DNA from: Eledone cirrhosa
Lineage: Eukaryota
Direction of reading: 5' to 3'
DNA length: 64,000 nt
NCBI GenBank assembly: GCA_964016885.1
Contig: OZ024747.1
Coordinates: forward strand, 55,180,001 to 55,244,000
Part shown: piece after piece, positions 27,106 through 42,799 of the stretch
Layout: every line of letters begins with the position of its first letter
Numbering within the stretch: position 1 is the stretch's first letter
Notes under the pieces: model-generated
What the model was told of the DNA's origin: nothing
The model's input: the letters and a program-made list of their open reading frames with translations, nothing else
Database searches by the model: none
Program-made: the position numbers and the translations under genes

Positions 27106-28114
27106 ATCTATCTATCTATATATCTATCTGTCTTCTGCCTGTCTGTCTGTCTGTCTATCTATCAATTATCTATCTATCTATCTAAATTTATCTCTATATA
27201 TGAGTGTGTGTCTGTGTGCGTGTCTGCGTGTGCGTATATATGTGTGGGTGTGTGTATGTATGTGTGTGTGTGTGTGTGTGTGTGTAATTTGTTTAATTCA
27301 AAAGGATTAATAATATCAAATGCAAAACCCACAAGGATCTGAATAAACGTTGTATATTTTACAAATTTATTGAATTTTCTATATTTCAGAATTTAACATC
27401 TGGTCTCTTTAACTATAATTTCTCATCAGCTATAATGTTTCACTCCCTACTGTTTTATAATATAATTTAATGTCGAAAAATATTACATCAAAATTTTAAG
27501 TGAAAAAACAAAAAATATAGATATAGCAGGATCAATAAACAGAATTGACAGATAACAAAGCATAAGAATAACAACAAATAGAGTGAAATAAAAATATGTA
27601 TGAAATATTTTTATAAAGATAAACATAAATTAAAACTCTTCAACAAAACCGTTTCATTATTATATTTCAAAAGATAAAAAAGAAGGTATTGAAATTCAGA
27701 CATGCGATTAGACAATACATGCCAAGCATCATTGGGTGCACAGTTACAGTTGAGTAATTTAGGAGATGCGTGTGGTGAGAGAGAGAGAGAGCGAGAGAGT
27801 GAGAGAGTTTGTTGGGGGGGGGGGTGAGAGAGAGAGAGAGAGGTTGAGCGATACTGTTAGAAATAGAGCGAAATATGGCTAGCTACGTGCATATATATAT
27901 ATATATATAGAGAGAGATAGATAAATAGATAGATATATAGATAGATAGATAGATACATAGATGGATGGATCGATCAATAGATAGATAGATAGATAAAGAG
28001 ATAGAGAGAGAGAGTGAGTGAGGGAAAGAGAGAGGGGGGGGGAGATATATATATAAAAAAAAAACCAAGCTGAAGGAGATAGAAAAACAAGTAGACAGAG
28101 ATACAGAGATAGAT

Positions 28115-28167
<53 letters not shown>

Positions 28168-28571
28168 AATTCGGGAGTGTGAGGAAGAGGAAAACAAATA
28201 GGCAAAATAAATAAAAGAAATGTTGTTTGCCGTTGGGTCTCCGTCGGTTTGGAAGAAGAATATTATAAGGTGTACGAAATACCCGTAATAGTTTCCAATC
28301 TATGTTATAGATATCATTTTTGTAGAGGACTTTCTCCACGAAGTCACAAATGTATCGTTGGAATACCGTGCTAGTACTTTAACCACTACACAAAAGGGTT
28401 AAAGCTTATATAGCATTCACCTTAAGAAACACATACATTTATATAGATGTTAAACTATTATATTATAATGAAATACTACGCCATATTGTGTTTAGGCTAT
28501 GATTATGTAAAATGCTTAATAAATGTGTCTATTTTTGTGCTTTCTACTGGGACTTCTAGCTAAAACACTGC

Positions 28572-29220
28572 TAGTTTATATAAACCTTTGTACTGCTGAA
28601 TCTCGTTGAACTTTAATAAATTCAGTTAATTTCTTCAAATATTATTTATTCTGAAGCTTTTGTAAACAACATTATGTAACTGACTTGCAATACTTTATAG
28701 GAAAATCCTCTGCATCGAGTATCATTAATGAGGTAATTGACAGGTCCCAGTGGAATTCTATTTCCTAGAAATTACAATAATTATTTGACAATAGAAATAT
28801 TCAAGTAAATGGATATACACACCCTGTGTATACACGATATTAACTAATGTAGTGTATATTCATTTCATAGTACACATACTCTAACCTAGATGTAAAACGA
28901 TTATAATTTTCATAAAGAAGTAACGGTTCAATATTAACTTAACATATACTGTTTTATAATATTTTCTCTTTTATACTTTGCACTGGGATTTTTCAATAAC
29001 ATTGTAGTTTATAAAAACCTTTGTAACGTTGAACTTTAATAAAGTCATTTAATTTCTTCAATGATGTAGTTTAAGCCCTTTGTAGCTAACATTATATGAC
29101 TGTCTTGCAATATTTGGCTTGAGAATTCTCTCTATCAAGCAACATTAATGAGGTAATTGACGAGGTCTCAGAGGAGTTCCATTTTCCAGACATAATATCA
29201 ATTATTTCATAATAGGAATG
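28572..29220. repeat. Diverged direct duplication of about 220 bp (about 28572-28800 vs 29005-29220)
   Basis: Shared words in order: TAGTTTATA.AAACCTTTGTA, CGTTGAACTTTAATAAA, AATTTCTTCAA, AACATTAT, CTTGCAATA, CATTAATGAGGTAATTGAC. Confidence 0.75.
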
Positions 29221-29429
29221 TCGTTTATGATCCTGTGAATGTCACCTAGTTCTGTGCTTTATGTGAAACTGCTTCTCTGTAGAGGAAATTGTGTTTGTTT
29301 TAATAGTTATTATTTAAATGAATATTAGTATGAAAGCCATGTTACTTGTTAATCGCAAGCCAGCCTGCTGAGGCACTGTGTACTAGGATGCCTTAACTAG
29401 AAATGATAAATAACATGAAATAATAACAT

Positions 29430-30730
29430 TGTTTCTATTGTTAGCACAAGGCCAGCAATTACCTCAATGCATTACTTGTTCTATATTTTATCGACCCCGT
29501 AATGATGAAAGGCAAAGCGGGATTTGAAATCAGAATCTAAAGGGCCGTAATTATATGCCACAAGTCAAAATGTCCAACGTACTAACGATAATGCTAATCC
29601 ACCGCCTTAACTTTCTCTAAATAATTATTTCTACTATAGACACAAGGCCAGTAATTTAGGGGCAGGGGAAAGTCGATTAAATCGACCCCAGTACGTTACT
29701 GGTGCTTTATTTTATCGACCCCATAATGATGAAAGGCAAAGTTAACCTCACCGAAATTTGAATTCAGGCCGTAAAGGGCCGTAATTCCATGCTGCAAAGC
29801 ATGGCGTCCGACCCTCTACCGATACTGCCAATCCACCGCCCTACTTTCTCTAAATAATAAAGCTTATTTCTGTACGAGTCTAACTGAGACCATTTTAAGG
29901 ATTGTTTCTTACTACCCCAGGAAACATTCATTCAATATGTTTACCAAAAGGTATCTAGAAAAGAATGATCTAGTGACTAATTTAACATATCAATACGGAG
30001 GAATATTGGTGCCCAAGTTAGAATCCATTATTTGCAGAGAGTCAGTACTGGTAACGTACTAAGATGCCTTATCCAGTGGTTAATATAAAATAGATGTTAA
30101 TAGTTACACTACGAAGTGATGATAATAATGGTTTCTGATTTATGCCCAAGGCCAGCCAATTTCAAGAGGGGGAAAGTTAATTAAATCGACCCCAGTACGT
30201 TACTGGTACTTTATTTTATCGACCCCATAAGAATGAAAGGCAAAGCTAAACGGCGGGATTTGAACTCAGAACTTAAAAACCGTAACTTTATGCCGCATAG
30301 TAGAGTGTCCGACTCTCTACAGACACTACGAAGATAATAATAATAGTTTCTATTTTGGCACAAGGCCAGCAATCACCCAGTACATTACTGGTACTTTATT
30401 TTATCGACCCCATAAGGATGAAAGGCAAAGTTAACCTTGACGGGATTTGAACTCAGACCGCAAAGGGACGTAACTATGCTAGAAAGCATGGCGTCCAACC
30501 CTCTACCAGTACTGCCAATTCACCGCCCTAGATAATAATAATTATTATTATTTCTAATTATGGCACAAGGCCAGCAATTACACTAGTACATTACTGGTAC
30601 TTTATTTTATCGACCCCCATAAGGAGAAAACGCAAAGTTAACCTCGGCAGGATGTGAGCTCAGAACATAAACGAAACGTAACCCTATGCCGCAGAGCGTG
30701 GTGCCCGACTCAGTACAGACACTGCCAAGA
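29430..30730 (-). mobile_element. Cluster/array of about 5 tRNA-derived SINE copies
   Basis: Copies at about 29430-29607, 29625-29841, 30130-30330, 30345-30528 and 30550-30730, all on the minus strand, mostly joined by (AAT)n. Confidence 0.9.
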
Positions 30731-31007
30731 TTATAATAATGATACTGGTAGTTACGATGCGGATGTTGAGAGAGATATATATTATCTCTATGATGATGAC
30801 AGTCATCATAGCACATCCGTGTATCACATCCTTAGACAATCTTCATCATTAAATTCATCACCTTTGTCATCGTCTGTATCAAAGTGGTCAGTGACATCAA
30901 GTTGATCACAATATAATGACACAATCGTGTGACACTGTCACTAAATATATTATCACTAATGTTAAGTCTGGCTTTAAGTGAAGCAATTGTCAATATGTGT
31001 TTGTATA

Positions 31008-31083
<76 letters not shown>

Positions 31084-31095
31084 TTTATATATATA

Positions 31096-31135
<40 letters not shown>

Positions 31136-31209
31136 CACAGATATATATTTATATACATATATCTATCTATATACATATATATATATATATGTATATATGT
31201 GTGTGTGTA

Positions 31210-31256
<47 letters not shown>

Positions 31257-31610
31257 AGTGGATTTAACGCAATGTCTGAAGTATATCTATGTGAATATAT
31301 TTAGTTGTTGATAATATTGTTGCTGTTATTGTTATTGTTGGTGGGGGTGGGGTGAAAATAACGATCTATCAAATTTCTCAATAAGACATATAACTTAACA
31401 GGCATTGTAATAGATGACAGTTTAAAAATGTCTTTATAACATTATCGATTGAACGGTAACTTAATAGGAGGAATTGGTATTTTCTGATCCTAAAATATAT
31501 TTCTATAAAGTCATTGTATAATGAAGCCCGAACTAAAAAGTATTGTGAATTGAATTGTGTCTATCTATCTATTTATCTATCTGTCTATCTATCTATCTAT
31601 CTATCTATTT

Positions 31611-31990
31611 AACTCTGGCCATAGTCTGGTCTACTTCTTCCGATATCACTTCGGAAGAAGGATAAGAATGGAGAGAGAGGTGCTTGGCCACAGGCAGTTT
31701 TATGAAAGGTGGGTGATAGTGGCGAGAATGGCTCGTGTAAATGGGCCTTCTCTGTATACCATCCTGTAGGTAAAGAAGTGAAGGAGAGGGGAGCACCTTC
31801 TCCATGTGCTCCCCGGGCAAAGGATTGCACACTTTTTCGGGGGTGTGTGCAACCCCCATCACGTCCCCTCTCTTTTGAGGTTGTTTTCGATTATTTTCAT
31901 TTTATACCCTTTTTACTCGATTGTATGTAAACTCCCCGTTTGTATTTGTCCCTTCTTGTTATGCCTTTATGGTAAATAAAGAAATCTATC

Positions 31991-32021
<31 letters not shown>

Positions 32022-32525
32022 CGTTTTTATGAAAGGTGGGTGAAAGTGGCGAGAATTGCCCGTGTGAATGGGCCTTCTCTCTACATCAGCCTGTAGGTGG
32101 AAAAGAGGAAGGAACGAGGGAGCACCCTCTCTGTGTGCTCCTGAGGAGAAGGGGTTGCACACTTTTTTCGGGGGGGGGGGGGGGGGCTACCCCCAAACAC
32201 CCCCTCCCTATTGAGGACTTTAGTGTTAATTTTATATTTGTTATTTGTTTTCTTTACTCGCCTTTTTGTGTAAACTCCCCCCTTGTATTTGTACCCTTCT
32301 TTTGCACCCTAGTGGCAATAAATAGAAATCTATCTATCTATGTGTGCCTACCTATCTACCTATCTACCTATCTATCTACTGTGGCAAATAAAGAAAGATA
32401 TCTATTTATCTATCTATATTGTTATCCATTATTATTATTATTGTTAAAAAATGTCATGCAAAACCCCCGCCGTCACGTTTTGTAACGTCCCATTCTTTAA
32501 CGCCCTTGTGGCAAATAAAGAAATG
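31611..32525 (+). mobile_element. Stack of four 5'-truncated Tx1 3' ends within a (CTAT)n microsatellite
   Basis: About 31611-31985 (SGHSLVYFFRYHFGRRIRMEREVL..ARMARVNGPSL), 32022-32330, 32379-32399 and about 32450-32525. Each ends in (G/A)TGG..AATAAA..GAAA and is followed by CTAT repeats. Confidence 0.88.
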
Positions 32526-33399
32526 TATCTATTTATCTATCTATATATCTATTTAACTGTCTATCTGTCAATGTTTCTACCAAGGTATTTATCTCTCAAA
32601 CTATCTCTTTATCAATCTACCTATATATTTATCTATTTATCTAACTATTTCTTTCTCTCTCTATCTGCAAACATACATGCATACATACATAAATGCATAC
32701 ATGATGGCTGACCCCCTCGTTATCGAGTATGGCCATTGCACGATATACCATTATTAATAATTATTAATTAATTCTATCGTGCAATGCCTGTGCGTGAAGA
32801 TATTTTTCAAAGTGAGGAAAGACTGTGCACTGAGCCAATCTCACTCTCTGAACGACAGTAGCTATAACCCGAAAAGAAGAGAAGATCAACATCATCGGTA
32901 ACTACTGAGTCGCAGGTTTTATATCGGAGTCATCGTAGTTTCCTGAGTTACCTTCTCCTAGAAGAATGCTCTGACAAAGGCTAGGGGCCCTTCACTCCCA
33001 ATGGTTTAACCGCGTGATCGGCTGTCCAGCCCGAACATTTCTATGTCCCCGTGCATATACATACACATGCACCCATGTATACACACATATAAATATACAT
33101 ACATATGTACATATTTACACACTTTTGGATGGCCGTTGACTCTTACGAGTTCTTCCACCCTTTGTCAGGTTTTGTTTTTTGTTCTGCAGGGTGTACAAAA
33201 TCCCCCTCCTCACCAAGTAAACTTGGTGGGGTTGCCGGTTTAGTCACCGACGACCCGGCCATGCGACAGGTTGTACTGGGTTTCATGTTACCAGTAGCAC
33301 TCAAGAGTGACCCGACATGCATACATACATACATACGTAACTGTCTTATATAAATACAGTAAGGATAAATCCTTCATTTAAAAAGCTGTGATAAATATT

Positions 33400-34340
33400 T
33401 TAATGGTATTCCGTGCCAGTGTCTTTGATCAGATTGTCGATGTAAGCGTATCGGTGTATTCCCCGCCTCACAACTCTATTAGTTGGGTTCCAAACGACTA
33501 CCTCGGACGTTTCCACTTCAAGATGCCGCAGACATTGAACGGATATGCAAAGATATGTTGGCCTTCTTTTTTCGCTGAAAGCATTTATTTCTCATATGTT
33601 GCTACCATTTCACATTAAGGACCATTCGTAGCATCATTGTGTAACAGCTGTTTATCTTGCTTTTTATCGTGTCGGACACTGTCCACGATTCACTGTCATA
33701 GAAACGTCTTGATTCCACAGCTGCAAGGAACAGTTCGGTTTCGTTCCTTGCAGTCAATTTGGGTGCTGGACATTGTTTAGTTTGTGAGAAGCTGCTCAGG
33801 TTTGCGTCCTCGTCACTTCGATAACTGCTCCAGGACTTTTCACCCATCTACCTAAATACTTAAGGTATACAACAACGTTCATATGGAACCACTCAGTGAG
33901 ATCAACTCGGTGTTATTCGAGTGGTTGAAGGTCATGTATTCAGTTTTCTTGACATTTGTATGCAGTTCAATTTTAGCAGATAAGGTTTGTACACTTCTTA
34001 GAAGTTTCTGTGCTAGAAAGATTTCATTTGACAACAACGCTATATCAGTCCAGGTCTGTGATGTTTGCTGCTGGCACTCTCTGGCATCTCATCCGGTCAA
34101 TAGTAAAGCCAAGGCTTTCTTACTTATTGTCTATAATATGTCGCATTGAATAATTGAAAACAATGGGAAACATCTAAGGCGCAAATGGGACTCATTGAGT
34201 ACCCCAGCAACTATATAGAAGAATTCTGTTCCTCCGTGAAACGACAAGACACGAGCTCTGGTCCCTTCATAAATGTTTGCAATGGAGAGAACTAGTTTTT
34301 CAAGGAGGCGATATGCTCGTCGAATAATCAGCATAAAGGC
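33400..34340 (-). mobile_element. Degenerate RTE-clade LINE reverse transcriptase fragment
   Basis: EFFYIVAGVL, LKYLG and ESWTVSDTIKSKINSCYTMMLRMVLNVKW motifs in the correct order; many stops and shifts. Confidence 0.75.
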
Positions 34341-35789
34341 ATCAGGATAATGCATCAACCATTTACTCCAGGCCTGCGTAGAAAGGACTGAAATATAAGT
34401 ACAGCCTCGTCGTCTATGACTAAACAACGGGAAAACTGTGCCTGAGCTAGTGTGTCTGCATGTTTGTATAAACATGCCTTTATGTGTGTGTTTGCATGTG
34501 TGTGTATGTTTTTGAGTGTGTGTGAATAATTGTTGTCTGTATTTGTGTGTGATTAGATAAACCGTTGTCAGGGACAGTAGTTCCAGTGGGATATAACATG
34601 GGTAGGAAGCATTACACTAAATCTTTAGATCGATTCATTTTTTTTATATCTTGTCTGAGTCAGGATGATAACGAGAGAAAGACTTGTGGTGGAATCGGGT
34701 AGGCTGGGGCTCAGTGAATAGAGGGTCATAAGGCCAGAATCCCTTACCGTAGAGGATACTGATTAGGTGTAAGGAAGTAGGGTGGAGGTTGGGAGTTGCA
34801 GTGTGTTGTCCCAATCTGACACCACTTTTACTGCCACCTGAAATATAATCATAAAACTGGATAGCTATATAGCATACCCACACATCAGAAATGTAAACAG
34901 ATACATACACACGCACACAAACAGACAGAGACATACAACCCTATAAGACATATCATAGAGAATGATATAGAATCTGATATGTATGAAGTATTAGCAGCCC
35001 TTTAGCAGACAAGATCATTTACTGAGTGAAAGCAGAAGACAAAAATATAAGGAGGAAAGGAAGATAAAAAAACAAAAAAGATTAAAAATAAATTTAAAAA
35101 AATTATGAAATGAAATAAAGAAAAGACATGAGTGCATGGCGTAGTAAAGTTCGGCTGCCCAAAAGACCTTGACACGGAACAAGTATGGATGTATCAATTA
35201 TGGTGATGTGAAAGAAAAGCCATAAATATTTGCAGACAATTAAAATAAATCGTACATTAAAAGATAATTTACAATGGAAGACCGGAGAAGAGAGAGGTAT
35301 GAGGTGGGGTGAGATGGAGAGAGATGGGGAAAGAGAGAAGGGGAAGGAGAAAGGTAAAGGGGAAGAGGTGAGAGAGGATGGGTTTTGCTTTCAACAAAAT
35401 CAAATAATTTTCTTTATCTTTTCTTGTCTTTTCCATCTATTTTATTTTATATGTTATCTTATATTATGTATATTTTATATTTTATATTTATATTATATTT
35501 TATCCTTAGTTTAATATATTTTATTTATATTTTTGATAAATGTTTTATTTTTATGCTTGTTAATATTTCCCTAATCCTATACATCCTACCACCCTCTCCA
35601 TCACATTTGTTTGTAGTTTGTTTTCTACTCTTTTGTTGAAACAATTTTTTTTTTGTTTTAAAAAAACATTTTTTTTTCATTATTTATTTATTTATTTATT
35701 GTCTCACTATGTCCTCCATATCCTTACAGCCTTTTGTTGCTGATGTTGATGATATTGTTCTTGACGCTCATTGTAGTTATCTGTGTTGT

Positions 35790-35820
<31 letters not shown>

Positions 35821-35932
35821 GGGTGTATGTATATATGTATGAATGTTTGTATATATGTATGTAGATATATATGTATGTATATGTGTACGTATGTATGTAT
35901 GTATATATGTATGTATATATATATATCGGTAT

Positions 35933-35964
<32 letters not shown>

Positions 35965-36499
35965 GTGTGTGTGTATGTATTTATGCATGTCTGTATGTGT
36001 GTATGTATATATGTATTTATGTATCTATATATGTATGGTATGTATGTATATATATATTTATGTATATATTTATGTATGTATGAATGTATGAATGTATGTA
36101 TGTATGTATAGGTAAGTATGTATGTATGTATATATGTGTGTATGAATATGTGTTGTGTTGTGACGTATTGTGTTGTCGTCTGCTTTTTCATTATATTTTT
36201 TATTAGAGTTATCTTGTTCCTTTGTCAGTTATGTTATTTGTTGTTTCACAGATTCAAACTGGCAATCCTCTGCACACATGCACATACACACCCACGCATA
36301 CACAAACATACGAACACACACAAACACACACACACACGTACTCACACACACAAACACACATCAATTTACAAATATGTGTTTATATCTATATGAATGTCTA
36401 TATGTATGTGTGTGTAAATTCATACGTATACACACCCATCCACGTACATTGACAAACATATACACAAGCACATCCACAGACACACACACACACACACTC

Positions 36500-36576
<77 letters not shown>

Positions 36577-36680
36577 TATACATATATGTATACATATATA
36601 TATTTATATATATATATTTATATATATAGTTATATATATATATAAATATATAAATATATATAAATGTATATATGTAGGTA

Positions 36681-36749
<69 letters not shown>

Positions 36750-37309
36750 GCAGAGAGAAGTGTTGAGACAGAGAAAGACACTGTGATACGGATAGATAGC
36801 AAACGAGAGAGAGTTAGGGAATGATAGAGGGGAAATGAGAGTCAGGGAGAGAGAGTGAGAGAGAGACAGAGAGAGAGGGACAGAGAAAGTAGAGAAAGAG
36901 AAAGGGGGAGACTAGTGATAGAAACCTAAAACATAAAAAGTAAAACGAACCACGCTGCCCCCCCACCCCTCCCCCCACCCCATTATCCCTTGACTCCCAC
37001 ACCACCCCATTAAAGTACAGCCGTACTAGAGAGGTTCGCTTGAAATTTCTCTGATATTTTATGGTTATTTTTAAGACTGGAAAAATTTTTTGACAGTTAT
37101 CAATTATCTACTCCATATATCAAGATGTCAGATATGGTTCGTACTCCCACCAAACCTCACCACTCACCTTTCTCTCCCTCTCCCTCTCATCTTTCTCTTC
37201 ATTTTTCTACTCTTCATTGTTTCATTATTATTATCCTTATCACTGTTGTTGTTTTTATCATTATTTTTATTTCATTTTATTTTTATTTTCATTTTCATTT
37301 TCATTTTAT

Positions 37310-37638
37310 TTTTATTTTTATTTTTATTTTTATTTTTATTTTTATTTTTATTTTTATTTTTATTTTTATTTTTATTTTTATTTTTATTTTTATTTTTATT
37401 TTTATTTTTATTTTTATTTTTATTTTTATTTTTATTTTTATTTTTATTTTTATTTTTATTTTTATTTTTTTTATTTTTATTTTTATTTTTATTTTTATTT
37501 TTATTTTTATTTTTATTTTTATTTTTATTTTTATTTTTATTTTTATTTTTATTTTTATTTTTATTTTTATTTTTATTTTTATTTTTATTTTTATTTTTAT
37601 TTTTATTTTTATTTTTATTTTTATTTTTATTTTTATTT
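37310..37638. repeat. (TTTTTA)n hexanucleotide microsatellite
   Basis: Direct reading of the sequence. Confidence 0.97.
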
Positions 37639-37746
37639 TACTTTATTCACATATTTTTCTTGGGCCTGTCACTCTACGTGTCTCTCTAATTTTCTTTCTA
37701 CTTTATCTATCAGTGTCTTTATTCCTCTCTCCCTCTCTCTGTCTCC

Positions 37747-37818
<72 letters not shown>

Positions 37819-37876
37819 ACAGAGATAGGTACAAATGAATGAAAAAAATATATATATATTTACAGAGAGAGAGAGA

Positions 37877-37962
<86 letters not shown>

Positions 37963-39129
37963 TAGATAGATAAAGATATAGATACAAGCATTTATGTCAT
38001 ATCTGTCTTTTTCTCTTATTCTGCGACTCAGCCCTCTCTCTCTCACTCTCTCTCTCTCCTTCTATCTCTCTCTTTCTCTTTAAATATTTCATTTTCTTAC
38101 TCCTCTCTTACCTATCGATCTTTCATTCTATCTATAAAACACACTTCCATGCTCACCTCGTCTATTACTATCAATTCCCCTACCTCCCAATATAATTGTC
38201 CTCTATCATGTTATGTCTATCAGAATTTCCATTAAGTTCTACATCATCAAATTTGAATAATTTTTATTAAGAAAATACCGTTTGATTTAAGGGAGGTTTA
38301 GCTACTGAATGCCCACGTAGAGTTTACCCATTTTGCACGTCCTTCTTATGCCATGTTTACTTTTTGCTATTTGCTTTATTGTTGACGTTGGTAGAGGTAG
38401 TGGTTTTAATGGTGTTGTTTGATTGTGAACATTTTAAGCGGAACTATCAACATATACTTTTTAGTCATGAAAATGAGCAACGTCGTAAGGGTCTCAGGGT
38501 AACCATCTCTCATTCCTTCTGTTGACCTTTCAGTCTTGATCAAAGATTTCCTCATCAGAGGAAAGAAGCCAAAGAGTTCCAGATTCTTTATATTTCAACT
38601 TGCTCAACAAGCAATTTGTGTGGACCAGACGGTAATCTTTTCTATTTGAATACATGTATTGGACTCTCTATATCACATATCACTTGAATCAAAGATCGTC
38701 GTGAAAACGTTATTTTCATAATCGCCATTGAAGACTTAACCTCATTAGTAATGGCGATAATTGACTTCCTCTTCCATTTCGTACAACGTTGTGTGTTCAC
38801 ATGCTAAGAGGAACCATAGCAGGCGTTTTATGTTTGGCCACTGTTGTAGAGTTACCATTAGCGTCGTGTGTATTTCGTCGTCTATTTTGAATATATGAAT
38901 GTAAGTATGTATGTATGTATGTATGTATGTATGTATGTATGTATGTATGTATGTATGTATGTATGTATGTATGTATATGTATGTGTGTATGTATACATGT
39001 ATGTATGCATGATTGCATGTATGTATATATGTAAGTATATATGTATGTATAATAGTGTGTTGGGTTTTTATTTTTTTCGTTTGGTTATATTTATTCCATC
39101 TATGGAAAGTCATTGTTTGTACTGAAAGG

Positions 39130-39226
<97 letters not shown>

Positions 39227-39394
39227 GAGAGAGAGGGGGGAGAGAGAATGATACGAGAGAGTTAGTAGAAGAGAGAATGAGTGTAAAAATATTTGGCAAA
39301 AGATTACTAAAGATTACTATTAGCAAACAGACATATAAGTTGAATCCGTTTTTATATGTATAAACTTCCTATGAGATGTTTTCAAACTTTCTAT

Positions 39395-40005
39395 GAGATG
39401 TTGATACAAACAAGAGTTTAAAGTGCAAAGATCAAGTCCCGTCCATAAGTAGACATTATCAAGCCATCGTTTTGGCTTCCGGCCTCTGCTTCTCTTACCA
39501 GCCAAACTTCCTTCCAGGCATAACCTACTCGCACCACGAGTTGATCTTTTTATATGACCGTATAGTTTGAGTACTCTTGACTTGACAATTGACGTAATTA
39601 TTCTAGGTCTGTAATGTTGAGCAGTTCACTGATACAGATACGGTCGCTGAGCCGCTTTTCAGTCATAAGTCTCATGATGTGGTCCTGGTATGTACAGACC
39701 TTATGACACAACTGGTTGGATGTAAGTATCAAAGATCTTAGCTTTCATATGACAGGAAACTAGTTTTGATGTCAGCAGTTCCTTGTTCTTGTTGAAAGCT
39801 GCCCAACCTAGAGCGATGCGTTTTTGTGCAGCAAACATTCCATTGTTGTTTGATGATAGCTTGTGACCGAGATATTTGCTGGTTTTAAATTGTGAGTTGG
39901 AGATTGGCATTGTTTTTATCAGTTATCATACACTTTGTTTTGGAGATGTTGATGCGTAAGCCAGCCTCAATTGAGTGTTTGGCCAGTACAAACAACGTTT
40001 GGTCA
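39395..40005 (-). mobile_element. Second RTE-clade LINE 3' fragment
   Basis: AGLRINISKTK, KYLGHKLS, RIALGWAAF, KAKIFDTYIQPV, LYGHIKR and EGSLAGKRSRGRKPKRWLDNV motifs. Confidence 0.8.
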
Positions 40006-40251
40006 GTGAATGTTTGGCCAGTACATTACACACTGCTGCTGGTGATCGAACTTTGTGGAGCAAAATATCTCATGTTGATGCGGAGTCTGCAACTGGCGGA
40101 CTTTAGCGTCGAATTAGTTATAATTATCTGCATTGCAGCGGCTTCCGCCAGAGCAAATATATTTTCGGACACATACATTCACATATGGATACAAATATAT
40201 AGGCACACATATCTATCTATCTATCGATCTCTCTTCCACCTCACTGTCTCT

Positions 40252-40332
<81 letters not shown>

Positions 40333-41133
40333 TTCTGCCTCTCTCTCTCTAGATGTTTTCAAAATGTACTTGATATATATATGTGTATGTATGTGGGTGT
40401 GTGTGTGTGTGTGTGGGGGGGGGGGGTTATGCGTGTGTGTGTGTGCGTGTGTGTGTCATTGTGTTTAACAATAACGTTTCAAAATCCATTAGTCCATTAA
40501 GGCTATACATCCAAGCTAAATATAAATAACAAAAGATACATGAAAAATACTTAATGAAAATGTTTAACATGTTTTAAAGAAAAAAATCTATACCTATTTA
40601 CACAAATTTATATATGTAGATATATAATATATGTGTGTGTATTTGTTTCTGTCTATGTGTATGTCTGTGTGTGCGTATGTATGTACATATGTATGCATGT
40701 GTATAAGTATGTATGTGTGTATGTTTGTGTGTATGTATGTAAGTATGTATGTAGGTATCTATGTGTATGTATGTATATAGGTGTCTATATGCGTATGGGT
40801 GTATGTGTGTAGGTATGTACATGCATAAGTATATGTGTTTGCGTATATATAAATAGGTATATCTATACATTTTAGCTATAAATATGCCCTTTAACAAAGA
40901 GATTAAGTGATCAGTACATGGTGTGAATTACAAATATGAGATTATTTTCTCAGATATATTCAAAGATGCGGTATACTGATACGGACATCTGACGGAGATT
41001 TTAATAGAATTAAACTTCTACAAATCTACAAAGTGAAAAGAACAAAAAATGGCGGTGACATTTTAGCAAGTGCATTGTGGCCTAGAAACATATTTTGAAT
41101 TGAGGGGTTTATTAACTGGTAGAGATAGGAGGA

Positions 41134-41276
<143 letters not shown>

Positions 41277-41425
41277 GGAGGATGGTGTGTAATATATGCT
41301 TGTAGCTTTGGAATACATGGATGTATATATCTATGTAGCATAAGTAAGAACGTGTGTGAATATATGTATGTATGTATATATGTATGTATGTGAGTATGTA
41401 TGTATACATGTATATATATACAGGG

Positions 41426-41484
<59 letters not shown>

Positions 41485-41563
41485 ATATATATATATATAT
41501 ATATATACACTGTATATATATATATATATACACATTTATACATACATATATTAATATATATTT

Positions 41564-41605
<42 letters not shown>

Positions 41606-41696
41606 TGTATATATATATATATATATATACATACATATATATAGAGATTCATAATCTCTTCACGTCAATGTTTTATATTTCTGGGTGCAATACTTG

Positions 41697-41727
<31 letters not shown>

Positions 41728-41731
<4 letters not shown>

Positions 41732-42124
41732 ATGTATGACCCCGACGGCAGAGCTCAATCCATTTCGACGGCTATTTCTGGACTAAATTAAGATTTTTAG
41801 CCTGGTAATTAAATAGCCGCACTTTTCATGGTGTACTTCCTTATATGGGAAGATTGTAGTTGTCAAGAGGATTGGTCAAAATTGAAATTTTGACCTATCC
41901 TCTTGACAAATACAATCTTCCCATATAAGGAAGTACCCCTTGAAATGTTCGGCTATTTATTTACCAGGCTAAAAATCCTAATTTAATCCAGAAGTAGCCG
42001 TCGAAACGGCTTGAGCTCTGCCGTCGGGGTCATTCATTTTCCTATTACCCACACTACTACCCTAAGTATTGAGTGCTCTGGTGCGTTATAGTCCATCTGG
42101 TTCCTTACCACAACTCCTTCGTTA
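41728..42124 (+). mobile_element. Fold-back repeat family, copy 2 (about 155-bp arms plus tail)
   Basis: 41728-41883 is inverted at about 41887-42041, centre GGTCAAAATT-GA-AATTTTGACC; (TA)n on both sides. Confidence 0.85.
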
Positions 42125-42799
42125 TATATATATGTATGTGTGTGTGTGTGTGTGCGTGTGTGTGGTGTGCGTGTGTGTGTACCTATGTATGCATAGGTCT
42201 TTCTATGTGTGCATGTATATAAAGGTAAGTGTGTATATCGTCTATGCGTGTGTCGACGCCGTTGTCTAATTTGCATTTTACTATTAAACATATGCATACG
42301 ATTATGTACAAGACCGTATCTTTTTATCAATATATATAATCTTATTTGAACATAAACCTACCCATATTTGCTGATATATGTATTGTGAATAATATCAATA
42401 GTTTAGAATGTAAAAGACTTGTGTAAAAATGTCGTTATATTGAAATAATGGTAAAGATTTGAAGATGCACCTAACCGTTGTTTTATGTACACAAGTAATT
42501 TGTTGTACACAAAGAATTGAGATTAGTTTGTACACAATATATTACAGTATTCCTTTGAAATTAACATATTGGTGTGTTTGAAGAATTAGTCAAGATTATC
42601 CAAATCCCTTTCGTACTCAGCTTTCAAAGTATTATTTAATTTGGCCATATATATTTATCATGTATTTGTCAAAAAAGAGAGTTCGATAGATTTTGATATC
42701 ATTATATATATATATATATAAAACCTACTCCAGCCAGTAGGCATCTCTAACAAAATACACCCCGTCCCACCACCACCACCCCGTTCTATGTAAAGTTAT

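Noticed and set aside
33200-33320. Possible HDV-like ribozyme on the minus strand (GGCCGGGTCG...CCGGCAAC)
   Set aside because: I could not build the nested double pseudoknot by eye; a structure-descriptor search would be needed.
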